Source of the DNA: Vicinamibacteria bacterium
GTDB lineage: Bacteria; Acidobacteriota; Vicinamibacteria; Vicinamibacterales; JAENWD01
Direction of reading: 5' to 3'
Length of the DNA: 49,764 nucleotides
Assembly (NCBI GenBank): GCA_016650245.1
Contig: JAENWD010000289.1
Coordinates: 1-49,764, forward strand
The translations under genes were made by a program, and so were the position numbers. A model generated the notes under the pieces. It was not told where the DNA came from. It did not search any database and worked only from the letters and a program-made list of their open reading frames with translations. This document shows positions 1 through 9,516 of this stretch, piece by piece; the first letter of the stretch is position 1, and the number at the start of each line of letters is the position of its first letter.

Positions 1-1266
1 GGACCGGCGTTTGCGGCACGCCTTGGCGGCGACCTGTTCGACGAGCGCCGCCAGAACGGCACGCCGCTGCAGACCAACAGCACCGACCTGCGTCAGCTTC
101 GCGCCGCTATCGAAGGGCAGATGCGCGGCACCAGCTGGCGCATGACGGGCCAGGCCGGCGAGCAGACGTACCGGCAGGTCTTCTCCTCGCTTGCCGGCGA
201 TCGAATGAGCGAGACATTGACGGTCCAGCAGCGCGTGCCGGCGTCGCAGCACGGCGTGGGCATCGTGGTGCAGTCGCGCGTGGCGGGTATCGACCTGCTG
301 GCCGGCGCCGACACACGCGATGTCTCCGCGACCAACATCGAACGCGCGTTCTTCCCCGACGGCCGCCTGCGTGCCACCACGAGCACGCCCGGCTATCAGC
401 GGACCAGCGGCGTGTACGTCCAAGGCACCGTCACGCCCACGTCTGTCCTCACGGTTAGCCTTGGCGCGCGCGGCGATGTGCGCCAGCGCGCACGCAGCGA
501 GGGATTGTTCGACGGCGATAGCGCGGTGTCGCCGCGTGCCGGCGTGACCTGGGCGTTGCAGCCCTCGGTCATCGTACGTGGCTCGCTGGGCTGGTCATTT
601 CGTGCGCCGACGCTGAACGAGCGCTATCGCGGCTTTCGCGCTGGCAACGTCGTCACGCAGCCAAACCCGTTACTGGTGCCAGAGACCCTCCGCACCGTCG
701 AAGGCGGGGTCGCGTGGCTGCCACGCAACGGCGCCCTGCGCGTGACGGTGTTCCGTAACGACCTTGACGACGCCGTGACCAATGTCACGGTCACGACGAC
801 GCCCGTTCTCATCACGCGCCGTCGAGAGAACGTCGGCGGCATCGCCGCCTGGGGCAGCGAAGTGGAAGGGGAGTGGCGCCTGTCGCCGCGCGCCACCCTG
901 GTCGGCGCGCTGGCGCTGACGCGGTCGCGCTTTGTGGACTATCCGCCGCTCGAGGGACTCACCGTGCCGCAGGTGCCACGGTGGCAGGGCAACGTCGGCG
1001 TGCGCGGGGCGGGTCCGCTGGGCCTGGCGCTGGCGGCCCAGGTGCGCGTGTTCGGCGAGCAGTTCGACGACGACCGCAACACGCTCGTCCTGGGCTCCGG
1101 CGCCGTCATCGACATCTCGCTGCTGCGAGCAGCGGGCCGCCGCACGACGTTCTTCATCAACTTCGAAAACCTGTTCGACGACCAGTACGAGGTCGGCCGA
1201 TCGCCGGTGGCAACCTACGGCCAGCCATTCACGCTGCACGCAGGTGTCCGGCTCGCGCTGCCCTGA
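1..1266 (+). CDS. TonB-dependent outer-membrane receptor, C-terminal beta-barrel portion (5' end lies upstream of the window)
   Basis: Frame 1 is open from nt 1 (GPAFAARLGGDLF...), so the ATG at 121 in the ORF track is internal. It shows an alternating beta-strand pattern with G/N/D/R-rich turns. The motif NLFDDQYEV and the C-terminal FTLHAGVRLALP are typical of TonB-dependent receptor barrels. Confidence 0.7.
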   Translation, partial: GPAFAARLGGDLFDERRQNGTPLQTNSTDLRQLRAAIEGQMRGTSWRMTGQAGEQTYRQVFSSLAGDRMSETLTVQQRVPASQHGVGIVVQSRVAGIDLLAGADTRDVSATNIERAFFPDGRLRATTSTPGYQRTSGVYVQGTVTPTSVLTVSLGARGDVRQRARSEGLFDGDSAVSPRAGVTWALQPSVIVRGSLGWSFRAPTLNERYRGFRAGNVVTQPNPLLVPETLRTVEGGVAWLPRNGALRVTVFRNDLDDAVTNVTVTTTPVLITRRRENVGGIAAWGSEVEGEWRLSPRATLVGALALTRSRFVDYPPLEGLTVPQVPRWQGNVGVRGAGPLGLALAAQVRVFGEQFDDDRNTLVLGSGAVIDISLLRAAGRRTTFFINFENLFDDQYEVGRSPVATYGQPFTLHAGVRLALP

Positions 1267-1522
1267 GAGGGTGGAGGACACGATGCACGCTCGAGCCGCG
1301 CCTTGCGGATCCTGGCGCCCAATGCGTCGACGGCGCGCCTGATCTCCGGGATTTTTCACCAAAACCCGTTCCAGATGTGACGTTCCCGTAAACTCCGTCC
1401 TCGCCGCCCAACGTTTTCCCTCGTCGCAACCGACGCGTTACATCCTCGTCACGACCGCCTCCTAGCATTTCAAAGACTCGCGCCGGCACTCTGTTGAAGA
1501 CGATTTCGTTCCGCCGGCGCAA

Positions 1523-4500
1523 TTGGAGAGCATCACTGTGAAATTAACCTCGGTTGTCCGTCTTGTGGGCCTGCTGGCGCTGCTGGCGTACGGGTTGCCC
1601 GCGTCCCTGACCGCCCAGCAAACCGAATCGCGCATCGTCGGCCGCGCGCTCGATGAGAGCAAGGCCGCCCTGCCTGGCGTCACCATCACGGTGACGTCGA
1701 AGCAGACGGGAGCCATTCGCACCGTCGTCACCGATGCCGACGGCTCCTACGTCGTGACCACCCTTGGGCCAGGCGCCTACACCACGCAGTACGAGCTGCC
1801 CAGTTTTCAAACACAAGCCCGTGACGTGGTCGTTGGCGTTGGCGAGGTCAAGACCGTCGATATCACGCTGAGCGTTGGCGGGGTGGCCGAGCAGATCGTC
1901 GTGACCGCCGCCGCGCAAACGCTCGACATGTCCTCGGCCAAGATCGGCGTCAACGTGTCGCCAGAGGAAGTGCAGAACCTTCCCGTCAACGGCCGCAATT
2001 TCGCGAACCTGATGACGCTGGCGCCGGGCGCGACCTCGGACGGCAACGGCGGATGGGCGAGTGTGCGCTTCAACGGCAAGTCGAACCAGCAGAACTACCT
2101 GAACTACGACGGCGTCGACGGCACCTACGTGTGGGACGCGAGCCCCGGGTACCTGAATGCGACCGGCTCGCAGTTCCGCCTCCAGACCTCGATGGAGTCG
2201 GTGGCCGAGTTCCGCGTCAACTCGGGCCTGGCCCCAGCCGAAAGCGGCCTCGGCGCGGGTGGCAACATCACGGTGGTCATCAAGAGCGGCAGCAACCGGT
2301 TCCGCGGATCTGTGTTTGACTACTTCCGCAACGACGCGCTCGACTCGGCGAGCACGTACGACGACAAGAAGCAGGATCTCAGCCTCAGCCAGTTCGGCGG
2401 GTCCATCGGCGGCCCCATCGCGCGCAACAAGACGTTCTTCTTCGGCAGCTTCGAAGGCTTGCGCCAGACCACGGGGCTCAGCTTCACCGAGGCGGTGCCA
2501 AGCGACCTGGCCCGCGCACGTGTGCTGGCGGGCCTGCCCGTCGGCAGCGGGTCGGGTCAAAGCGCCGCGCGGACGCAGGCCGTGGCGCCGCTGCTGGCGG
2601 GATTCCCTCTGGGCACCGTGGCCACCGCCAATCAGTATCTCGCGCTGGCGTCGCAGGTGACCGAAGCCAGGCAGGACGAAAACTCGTTGTCGCTGCGTCT
2701 CGACCACGCGATCAACAGCACCAATACGTTCTACCTCCGGTATCTCTACAGCAAGGGCGAGGTCGACACGCCGGACCGCACGGTCACGCCGCGCCGCGTC
2801 CTGGCCAAGCAGAACCCGCAGAACGCGGTGGCCAACTATCAGACCGTGTTCGGATCGAGCCTGGTGAACGAGTTCAAAGTCGGCTACAACGCGCCTGAAA
2901 CCAGCGCCACCGCGTTCGGCTCGCTGGGGTACGACGCGACCGGCGTGTCGTTGTCTGGCACGGTGACCTCGCAGTCCATCGATGCCCGCGGCAGCACCGG
3001 CATCGCGCGCAGCGGCCTGCTGATTCGCGCGACCAGCGCGTCGTCGACCACGGGCTCGATCTTCGACCCGCGGTCGCTCTCGTTCAGCAACGCCTTGACC
3101 TGGTCGAAGGGCGCGCACACGGTGAAGTTCGGCGCGGAGTACCGGACCTTGCAGTCGGATTTCCAGTTTCTCGGCAGCACCGAGATCACCTACAACAGCA
3201 TCACCGACTTCATCGACAACAGGCCAAACGCCTACGCCGTGGCGCTGGACTCGCCGGTGTTCAAGCCGCAGCAGTACTACCTGATCGGGTACGCGCAGGA
3301 CTCCTGGCGCGTCGCCGACACGCTGACGCTCGAACTCGGTGTGCGGTACGACTTCTACTCGGTGGTGAAGGAGAAGGATGGCAACGCCAAGCCGTTCTTC
3401 ATCGAGGAGAACGACTTCTCCTCTGACCCCGACAACTTCTACGACGCCGACCGCAACAACGTTGCGCCGCGCCTGTCGGCGGCGTACGAGATCAACGACA
3501 AGACGGTCGTGCGCGGTGGCTTCGGGCTCTACTACGGCCCCGGGCAGTTCGAGGACCGTATCCAGCCGATCGAGAACTCGATCGAGCGCCGTCGTGTGGG
3601 CGCGTCGGACATCCCCAGCAACGGACTGGCATATCCCATCGTGCCCGTGCAACTGCGCAACCAGCTCTCGATTCGCGGCTATACCCACGCCAGGCCCGAC
3701 GAGTACAACATGCAATACGGGGGCAGCGTCTCGCGCGAACTGCCCGGCGAGTTCAACCTGACGGTGGGCTACACCGGCAGCCGTGGCAAGGACATGTTCC
3801 TCCGCGGCGTCGCCAATGTCCTCAACCCAGCCACGCGCACCAGGCAGGTGCCGGCCTACGGCCAGATCGACTACAAGACCTCAGGTTGCCTCGACCAGAC
3901 CATCAACGGCTTCCCGGTGATTGGCTGTGGCAAGGCCAGCTACGACGCGCTGCAAGTTGGTGTGACGCGGCGTTTCCGCGCCGGTCTCACCGGCGGCCTG
4001 CAGTACCAGTACTCGCGCAACAAGGGCACGACGCAGGGCTCGAACGAGGCGGCGACCACCCAGAACACGTTCGACTACGAGACCGAGTACGGCACCAACC
4101 CGCAGGACATCCCGCACACCTTCAACGGCTCGTTGGTGTACCAGCTGCCGGGCGAGAGCTTCTGGACGGGCGGATGGCGCGTGGGCGGCATCGTCAATGC
4201 GCGGACCGGGGTACCCATCAACGTCACCATCAATCGCCCCGATAACATCACGGTGAGCGGCGCGACGGTGGTGAACATCCCCGGCGGGAACAGCCGCGGC
4301 ACGCAGCGGCCGAACCTGGTGCCAGGTGTCGACCCGTACTTGAAGGACGGCGTGCGCTGGCTGAATCCGTCGGCTTTTGCCACGCCGCAGCCGGGCACCT
4401 TCGGTAACCTGCCGCGAAACTTCCTGCGCGGGCCGAACTTCTGGCAGGCCGACCTGATGCTCAGCAAGGACTTCCGGTTCATGCAGACGCAGGGCATCCA

Positions 4501-4699
4501 GGTGCGCCTCGAGATGTTCAACATCGCCAATCACTTGAACTACGAGAACCCTGCCTCGTCGCTCCCCAACGGGGCGCCCGGTGCCGCATTCACGGACGCG
4601 CAGGCCGGCACGTTCGGCTACATGCTGGGGCCGCTGAACCGCACCGTCGGGCAGGGCACCGCACGGCAGACGCAGGTTTCGATTCGGTATACGTTCTGA
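1523..4699 (+). CDS. TonB-dependent receptor with N-terminal carboxypeptidase-regulatory-like domain
   Basis: 1058-aa ORF with a signal peptide (VVRLVGLLALLAYGLPASLTAQ). It has a CarboxypepD_reg-like segment (GRALDESKAALPGVTITVTSKQTGAIRTVVTDADGSYVV) and a plug-like NGRNFANLMTLAPG. The barrel ends ...QTQVSIRYTF with a terminal aromatic. The track start 1523 is TTG; GTG at 1538, preceded by GGAGAG, is an equally good start. Confidence 0.85.
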   Translation: MESITVKLTSVVRLVGLLALLAYGLPASLTAQQTESRIVGRALDESKAALPGVTITVTSKQTGAIRTVVTDADGSYVVTTLGPGAYTTQYELPSFQTQARDVVVGVGEVKTVDITLSVGGVAEQIVVTAAAQTLDMSSAKIGVNVSPEEVQNLPVNGRNFANLMTLAPGATSDGNGGWASVRFNGKSNQQNYLNYDGVDGTYVWDASPGYLNATGSQFRLQTSMESVAEFRVNSGLAPAESGLGAGGNITVVIKSGSNRFRGSVFDYFRNDALDSASTYDDKKQDLSLSQFGGSIGGPIARNKTFFFGSFEGLRQTTGLSFTEAVPSDLARARVLAGLPVGSGSGQSAARTQAVAPLLAGFPLGTVATANQYLALASQVTEARQDENSLSLRLDHAINSTNTFYLRYLYSKGEVDTPDRTVTPRRVLAKQNPQNAVANYQTVFGSSLVNEFKVGYNAPETSATAFGSLGYDATGVSLSGTVTSQSIDARGSTGIARSGLLIRATSASSTTGSIFDPRSLSFSNALTWSKGAHTVKFGAEYRTLQSDFQFLGSTEITYNSITDFIDNRPNAYAVALDSPVFKPQQYYLIGYAQDSWRVADTLTLELGVRYDFYSVVKEKDGNAKPFFIEENDFSSDPDNFYDADRNNVAPRLSAAYEINDKTVVRGGFGLYYGPGQFEDRIQPIENSIERRRVGASDIPSNGLAYPIVPVQLRNQLSIRGYTHARPDEYNMQYGGSVSRELPGEFNLTVGYTGSRGKDMFLRGVANVLNPATRTRQVPAYGQIDYKTSGCLDQTINGFPVIGCGKASYDALQVGVTRRFRAGLTGGLQYQYSRNKGTTQGSNEAATTQNTFDYETEYGTNPQDIPHTFNGSLVYQLPGESFWTGGWRVGGIVNARTGVPINVTINRPDNITVSGATVVNIPGGNSRGTQRPNLVPGVDPYLKDGVRWLNPSAFATPQPGTFGNLPRNFLRGPNFWQADLMLSKDFRFMQTQGIQVRLEMFNIANHLNYENPASSLPNGAPGAAFTDAQAGTFGYMLGPLNRTVGQGTARQTQVSIRYTF

Positions 4700-4700
4700 C

Positions 4701-4721
4701 GGACTTCGGACTTCGGATGGA
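4701..4721. repeat. Heptamer tandem array (GGACTTC GGACTTC GGATGGA), family B
   Basis: Read directly. It begins 2 nt after the TGA stop (4697-4699) of the receptor gene. Confidence 0.8.
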
Positions 4722-4750
4722 GGGGCAGGCCTTCGGGCCCGCCCCCTTTT
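4722..4750 (+). terminator. Rho-independent terminator-like stem-loop
   Basis: GGGGCAGGCC-TTCG-GGCCCGCCCC (9 of 10 bp pair) followed by TTTT at 4747-4750. It lies between the convergent genes ending at 4699 (+) and 4752 (-). Confidence 0.65.
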
Positions 4751-4751
4751 G

Positions 4752-5807
4752 TCATACCGGGTCCGGCGTCTCCGCCACGGGACGAAGGTAGGCGTCAAGC
4801 AGCGCCGCCCCGATCGCCACCACGACGGGTCCAAACACCAGGCCGATCAAACCGAAGGCCGATATCCCTCCGAGCAGCGCCACGAACGTCACCAGTCCGT
4901 TCATCGACGAGCGGCCGCTCAATAGCAGTGGCCGCAGGATGTTGTCGGCCATGCCGACCAGCCCGCCTCCGATCCCGATCAGCACCAGCCCGCGCGTGAG
5001 GTCGCCGGTCAGCAGGAACCACAGCGCCACCGGCCCCCAGACCAGTGACGAGCCGACGATCGGCACCAGCGACATGAACGCCATCACGGTGCCCCACACG
5101 GCCGGGGCACGCACGCCGACGATCCAGAATCCCAGGCCGCCCAGAAAGCCCTGCACGGCGGCCACGGCGAGTCCCGCGATGACGCTGGCAAACACGAGGT
5201 CCTCGATCTGCTTGACGACCCGGTTGCGCTGCTGATCGTGGAACGGCAGAAAACCCTTGAGCACCCCGACGATGGCCGGTGCGTCGCGCAGGAAGAAGAA
5301 CAGCGCGAATAGCGCCAACGCCAGGTCGAGCACGAGCACGGCCAGTCCGCCCAGCAGGCGCCCCGACCCGCTGGCCGCCAGCGAACCGAGGCGCTGTGCC
5401 AGCGAGCCGACGGTTTCTGAGAGTCGCTCGGGGGCCAGGAAGGGCACGTGCATCTGCACCCAGCTCCACAAGGCCACCATTCTCTCGGATGGGGGCGACG
5501 ACATCGCACCTTGCAGTGCCGAGACGGCCTGCGCCCCCTCGCGCACCAGCGCGTCCACCAGCAGCCACACCGGCAGCACCAGCAGCAGAATTACGATGAG
5601 CACACACACACCGGCAGCGCGCGAGCGGCCGACGCGCGATGCCAGCTTGAGAAAGATTGGCTGGACGCTGACCGCCAGGACCCCGGCCCACCCGAGTGGC
5701 ACCAGGAACGGCTCCACCACCAGGAAGACCAGATACCCAATCAAGATGACGGCGGCGTAGAAGAGTAGTGGGGCGAGGCGATCGCGGTCGGACTCGGGGC
5801 GGCGCAT
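4752..5807 (-). CDS. AI-2E family (UPF0118/PerM-like) transporter
   Basis: 351-aa polytopic membrane protein. Its C-terminal region ADNILRPLLLSGRSSMNGLVTFVALLGGISAFGLIGLVFGPVVVAIG resembles the conserved AI-2E/PerM core. Confidence 0.7.
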   Translation of the reverse strand: MRRPESDRDRLAPLLFYAAVILIGYLVFLVVEPFLVPLGWAGVLAVSVQPIFLKLASRVGRSRAAGVCVLIVILLLVLPVWLLVDALVREGAQAVSALQGAMSSPPSERMVALWSWVQMHVPFLAPERLSETVGSLAQRLGSLAASGSGRLLGGLAVLVLDLALALFALFFFLRDAPAIVGVLKGFLPFHDQQRNRVVKQIEDLVFASVIAGLAVAAVQGFLGGLGFWIVGVRAPAVWGTVMAFMSLVPIVGSSLVWGPVALWFLLTGDLTRGLVLIGIGGGLVGMADNILRPLLLSGRSSMNGLVTFVALLGGISAFGLIGLVFGPVVVAIGAALLDAYLRPVAETPDPV

Positions 5808-5981
5808 GTGAGGGAGAGTAACCGAAAGGCCCGACTATCTGCCCCCTGATGTGGTTTCTGAAGCGAAAGCCATGACAACCGTGTAACGTACTGGCGGCCG
5901 GCTGCCCGCGACTCTGGTAAGATTCGAGGGTTTGTCCCGCCTTCGCCAGGGCTACGGCGGGCAGGCTCTGAAAGGACCCTT

Positions 5982-6602
5982 GTGGCACGGTTTCGCCTGA
6001 TCCCCCGTGAAGAGAAGTTCTACGCCGATTTCCTCACGCTGGCCGACCAGATTGTCGCCGCGGCCGCGGCGCTCGACCGCATGCTCGCCACTGAGATCCC
6101 CGACTGGGAGGTGGCCCTGCAGATCCACGACATCGAGAATGACTGTGACGGAATCACGCACGCGGTCATTCAGCGCCTCAACCGCACGTTCGTGACCCCG
6201 ATCGACCGCGAAGACATCCATCAATTGGCGCGGTCGCTCGACGACGTGATTGACGCCATCGACGCCGCCGCCACGGTGATCCGGCGCTACCGCGTGATGC
6301 CGGTCCGTTACGGCGCTCGCGAGCTGGCGACGATCATCGTCAAGTCGACGCACAAGGTCCGTATGGCCGTCGACGCGCTCGAGCGCAAGCACGGCGTCCA
6401 TGAGCACGCCGTCGAGGTGAATCGCCTCGAGAACGAAGCCGACCGCATGCACGACGAAGCGCTGCGCCGGCTGTTCGAGGAAGAGCACGACCCGATTACC
6501 GTCATCAAGTGGAAGGAAGTGCTCGATTTCCTCGAAGAGGCGACCGATCGGTGCGAGGACGTGGCCGACGTCCTTGAAGGCGTCGTCGTCAAGCACGGCT
6601 AG
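5982..6602 (+). CDS. DUF47 / PhoU-like phosphate-transport regulator (TIGR00153-type)
   Basis: 206 aa with a GTG start preceded by AAAGGA. The N-terminus RFRLIPREEKFYADFLTLADQI and the helical repeats with E/D-x-x-x-D motifs (ENDCDGITHAV, ENEADRMHDEA) fit this family. It sits immediately upstream of a PiT transporter, the classic DUF47-pit pairing. Confidence 0.75.
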   Translation: MARFRLIPREEKFYADFLTLADQIVAAAAALDRMLATEIPDWEVALQIHDIENDCDGITHAVIQRLNRTFVTPIDREDIHQLARSLDDVIDAIDAAATVIRRYRVMPVRYGARELATIIVKSTHKVRMAVDALERKHGVHEHAVEVNRLENEADRMHDEALRRLFEEEHDPITVIKWKEVLDFLEEATDRCEDVADVLEGVVVKHG

Positions 6603-6616
6603 CAGGTCGCCCTTCG

Positions 6617-7606
6617 ATGGAATTTGCTGCCGTCGCCTTCCTCATCCTGGTCGCGCTGACCTTCGACTACATCAACGGCTTTCACGACGCCGCCAACTCG
6701 ATTGCCACCGTCGTCTCGACCAGAGTGCTGTCGCCTGGCAAGGCGGTGATCTGGGCGGCCTTCTTCAACTTCGCGGCCGCCTTTGGTTTCGGGACCGCCG
6801 TGGCCAAGACGGTGGGCTCGGGCATGATCGACATCCGCGAAGTCACCTTCCTGGTGATCTTCGCCGGCCTGTTTGCCGCGATCGTGTGGGATCTGATCAC
6901 CTGGTACTACGGGCTGCCCACCAGCTCGTCGCACGCGCTCATCGGCGGCTACGCCGGTGGCGCGGTGGCCAAGGCCGGCGTTGGGGCAATCATCGTGTCG
7001 GGCTGGACCAAGACCCTCATCTTCATCGTGTTGGCGCCGACGATTGGCCTGGTGCTCGGCTTTGGGCTCATGGTCGCGATCTTCTGGCTGTTCCGCGGCT
7101 TCGCGCCGTCGAAAGTGGACCGCTGGTTCCGGCGTCTCCAGCTGGTGTCGGCTGCGGCGTATAGCCTGGGTCACGGCGCCAACGACGCGCAGAAGACGAT
7201 GGGCATCATCGCCGGGGTGCTGCTGGCCGGCGGCTACCTGACGGTCTTCGAGATCCCCTTCTGGGTTGTGCTTGCGGCGCACGGTGCGATCGCGCTGGGC
7301 ACGCTGACCGGCGGCTGGCGCATCATTCACACGATGGGCTCGAAGATCACGCGGCTGCAGCCGGTGGGCGGCTTTGCCGCCGAGACCGCCGGCGCCGTGT
7401 CGCTGTTCCTTGCCACGAGCCTCGGCGTTCCGGTCAGCACCACCCACACCATCACCGGCGCCATCGTCGGGGTCGGCGCGACCAGGCGCCTGTCGGCCGT
7501 TCGCTGGGGCATCGCCGGCAGGATCGTGTGGGCGTGGATTCTGACGATTCCCGCCTCCTTCTTCATCGCCGCGGTCACGTATTGGACGCTGTCTCACGTT
7601 CTCTAG
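6617..7606 (+). CDS. pit: Inorganic phosphate transporter, PiT (PHO4) family
   Basis: 329-aa membrane protein carrying the PiT signature twice (FDYINGFHDAANSIATVVSTRVL and AAYSLGHGANDAQKTMGII). Confidence 0.9.
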   Translation: MEFAAVAFLILVALTFDYINGFHDAANSIATVVSTRVLSPGKAVIWAAFFNFAAAFGFGTAVAKTVGSGMIDIREVTFLVIFAGLFAAIVWDLITWYYGLPTSSSHALIGGYAGGAVAKAGVGAIIVSGWTKTLIFIVLAPTIGLVLGFGLMVAIFWLFRGFAPSKVDRWFRRLQLVSAAAYSLGHGANDAQKTMGIIAGVLLAGGYLTVFEIPFWVVLAAHGAIALGTLTGGWRIIHTMGSKITRLQPVGGFAAETAGAVSLFLATSLGVPVSTTHTITGAIVGVGATRRLSAVRWGIAGRIVWAWILTIPASFFIAAVTYWTLSHVL

Positions 7607-7610
7607 AACC

Positions 7611-7757
7611 GGTTCGGTCTGGTTGGGCCGGGTTGGGTCTGGTTCGGCCAGGTTGATCTCGGTTGGCCCGGGTTCCACGCCCTGGCTGCCGGGCAACGGG
7701 TTCAACCAGGCTCAACCGACATCAACCCGACCTGACCTGACCGAACCCGATCAACCC
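7611..7757. repeat. Inverted pair of about 10-nt tandem arrays (GGTTNGGNCN x7 at 7611-7680; complementary CAACCNGANN units at 7713-7757), family C
   Basis: Read directly. The left array is in exact 10-nt register (ggttcggtct ggttgggccg ggttgggtct ggttcggcca ggttgatctc ggttggcccg ggttccacgc). The reverse complement of the right array (gggttgatcgggttcggtcagg...) is the same family. The pair fills the pit/phoR convergent spacer, and the phoR stop (7751-7753) lies inside the last unit. Confidence 0.85.
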
Positions 7758-9514
7758 TTCCCGTCCGCCTGCGGCAACCGCACCGTAAACACCGCCCCGC
7801 CTTCGGCACGCGAGCCAGCAGTGACGGCGCCGCCCAGCAACTCGACCAGGTGCTTCACGATGGCCAGGCCGATGCCCGTCCCGCCCGGCGCGCGCGAGCG
7901 CGATTTATCCACGCGGTAGAACCGCTCGAAGACTCGTGTCAGGTCCGCCAGCGGGATGCCCGGCCCGTTGTCGAGCACGCGGAGCACCAGCGCCAGCGGC
8001 TCGCGCTCGGCTTCCACCACCACGTGTCCGCCCTCGGGCGCGTAGTTGACCGCGTTCTCGATCAGGTTCCGCAAGACGTCGTGCAGCTTGGCCGGGTCCG
8101 ACACCACCGTGCGCGCGCCTGCGGCCAACCTCACCTCGACCTGTGACCTGCGCTGGTCGATCGGGCCGGTCAGATCGGCGATCACGCCTTGGAGCACCGA
8201 GCCCAGGTCGCACTCGACCATGTCTGGCGTTTCCTGTCCGGCATCGAGTCGCGCCAGTCGAAGCAGGTCCTTCACCAGGCGCTCCATACGGATCGAGTGG
8301 CGCGCGATGATCTCCAGGAAGCGCCGGCTCTGCTCGGGCGGCGGTGGGTCGTCGAGCAGCGCCTCGACATAGCCGCGAATCGCCGTGAGCGGCGTGCGCA
8401 ATTCGTGGGAGACATTGGCGACGAAATCGCGCCGCACTCGATCGGCGCGCCGCAGGTCGCTGATGTCGTGCAGGACGAGAATCGCGCCGCCTTCCGGCTC
8501 GCCAGCCGGCGCCGCGCGCGAGACGCACGTGCGTGATGGATCGCGCGCAAGCACGAACTCCACGCCTCCAGGGGCCTCGCCGTCCAGCGCATGCGCGATC
8601 TGCGCAAACAGCTCGGGCTGCCGCATCCACTCCTGATACCGCCGCCCTGTCGAGTCGCCGTCGAGCTTGAGCATCCCGCTGGCCGCGTCGTTGGCCATGA
8701 CGAGTCGGCCCTGCGGGTCGAGCACGACGACCCCTTCGACCATCCCCGAGAGAATCGCGCGCAGGTGGCGCCGGTCGTGGGCAAGGTCGTCGACGCGCCG
8801 GCCCAGCTCGTGGACGGTGGCATCGAGCGCGCGCGCCACCTCGCCCAGCTCGTCGTCGCCGTACCCGGCGGCCGGGCGCGTGAGGTCGCCGGTGGCGTAG
8901 CGGCGCGCCACCAAGGCGATCGCTTCGACGCGTCGCCCAATGGGCGCAGACACGAGCCACGCGCAGAGTGCGGCCACGGGCAGCGACGCCGCCACGCCGG
9001 CCACGACCAGCCACAGCACGGCCCACTGCTGATCGGCCACCTCCGTCAGAGGCAGCGACAAGCGCACGAAAGCGATTGTCGGATGGTCGATGCGGACGAC
9101 GGCGTACAACGTGTCGTAGTCGGTGGTGGTGCTGTAGCGCCGAATCAGCACTTCCGGTCGTGCGCGCGCGGCTTGAATCTCCGGGCGTCGGCCGTGGTTC
9201 TCCATGGCCGCCAGCGCCGCGCCGTCCTCGGTGGAATCGCCTAACACCCGGCCGTCGTCGGCGACGAGCGTCACCCGGACACCCGCCAGACGACCCATGC
9301 GGTCGGCTTCCTCGTCGAGCTGATCGAGCGGCAGGGCCGGGTTGCGAGTGAGCAGCTCGGCGGCCAACCGCGTTTCGGCCGACAGTGTCGCCTCGATGCG
9401 TTCCACTGTGAGCCTGCGGATCCACGCCTGCAGCACCAGCCCGGCGGCCATTGCCGAGACGGCCCCGACGATGAAGGCGGCCAGGAACACCTTGCCCCGA
9501 AAACGCACGGTCAC
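7751..9514 (-). CDS. phoR: PhoR-like sensor histidine kinase (TM - periplasmic segment - TM - HAMP - PAS - HisKA - HATPase)
   Basis: The H-box RRDFVANVSHELRTPLTAIRGYVEAL is close to E. coli PhoR. N, G1 and G2 boxes are present (LRNLIENAVNY, LDNGPGI, GGTGIGLAIVKH). I place the start at GTG 9512-9514, just after the response-regulator stop. The 632-aa track ORF extends into the upstream gene. Confidence 0.8.
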   Translation of the reverse strand: MTVRFRGKVFLAAFIVGAVSAMAAGLVLQAWIRRLTVERIEATLSAETRLAAELLTRNPALPLDQLDEEADRMGRLAGVRVTLVADDGRVLGDSTEDGAALAAMENHGRRPEIQAARARPEVLIRRYSTTTDYDTLYAVVRIDHPTIAFVRLSLPLTEVADQQWAVLWLVVAGVAASLPVAALCAWLVSAPIGRRVEAIALVARRYATGDLTRPAAGYGDDELGEVARALDATVHELGRRVDDLAHDRRHLRAILSGMVEGVVVLDPQGRLVMANDAASGMLKLDGDSTGRRYQEWMRQPELFAQIAHALDGEAPGGVEFVLARDPSRTCVSRAAPAGEPEGGAILVLHDISDLRRADRVRRDFVANVSHELRTPLTAIRGYVEALLDDPPPPEQSRRFLEIIARHSIRMERLVKDLLRLARLDAGQETPDMVECDLGSVLQGVIADLTGPIDQRRSQVEVRLAAGARTVVSDPAKLHDVLRNLIENAVNYAPEGGHVVVEAEREPLALVLRVLDNGPGIPLADLTRVFERFYRVDKSRSRAPGGTGIGLAIVKHLVELLGGAVTAGSRAEGGAVFTVRLPQADGKG

Positions 9515-9516
9515 GA

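Noticed and set aside
1267-1522. Cobalamin or other riboswitch upstream of the second TonB-dependent receptor
   Set aside because: I could not identify a B12-box (GCCACTG context) or conserved helices by eye.
1544-3715. Long antisense or alternative-frame ORFs throughout the window (1544-3715 -, 15835-17196 -, 18275-20101 +, 20897-22012 +, 30804-32009 -, 36032-37423 -, 39060-40265 -, 28715-30190 - and others)
   Set aside because: Each lies opposite, or out of frame with, a gene that has clear family motifs. Their translations are dominated by R/A/G/P/H and lack recognisable domains. They are GC-driven absence of stop codons, not genes.
5808-5981. Pho box upstream of the DUF47-pit operon
   Set aside because: The only candidate (minus strand GTTACACGGTTGTCAT, about 5868-5888) has 8-nt rather than 11-nt spacing and a poor match to CTGTCAT repeats.
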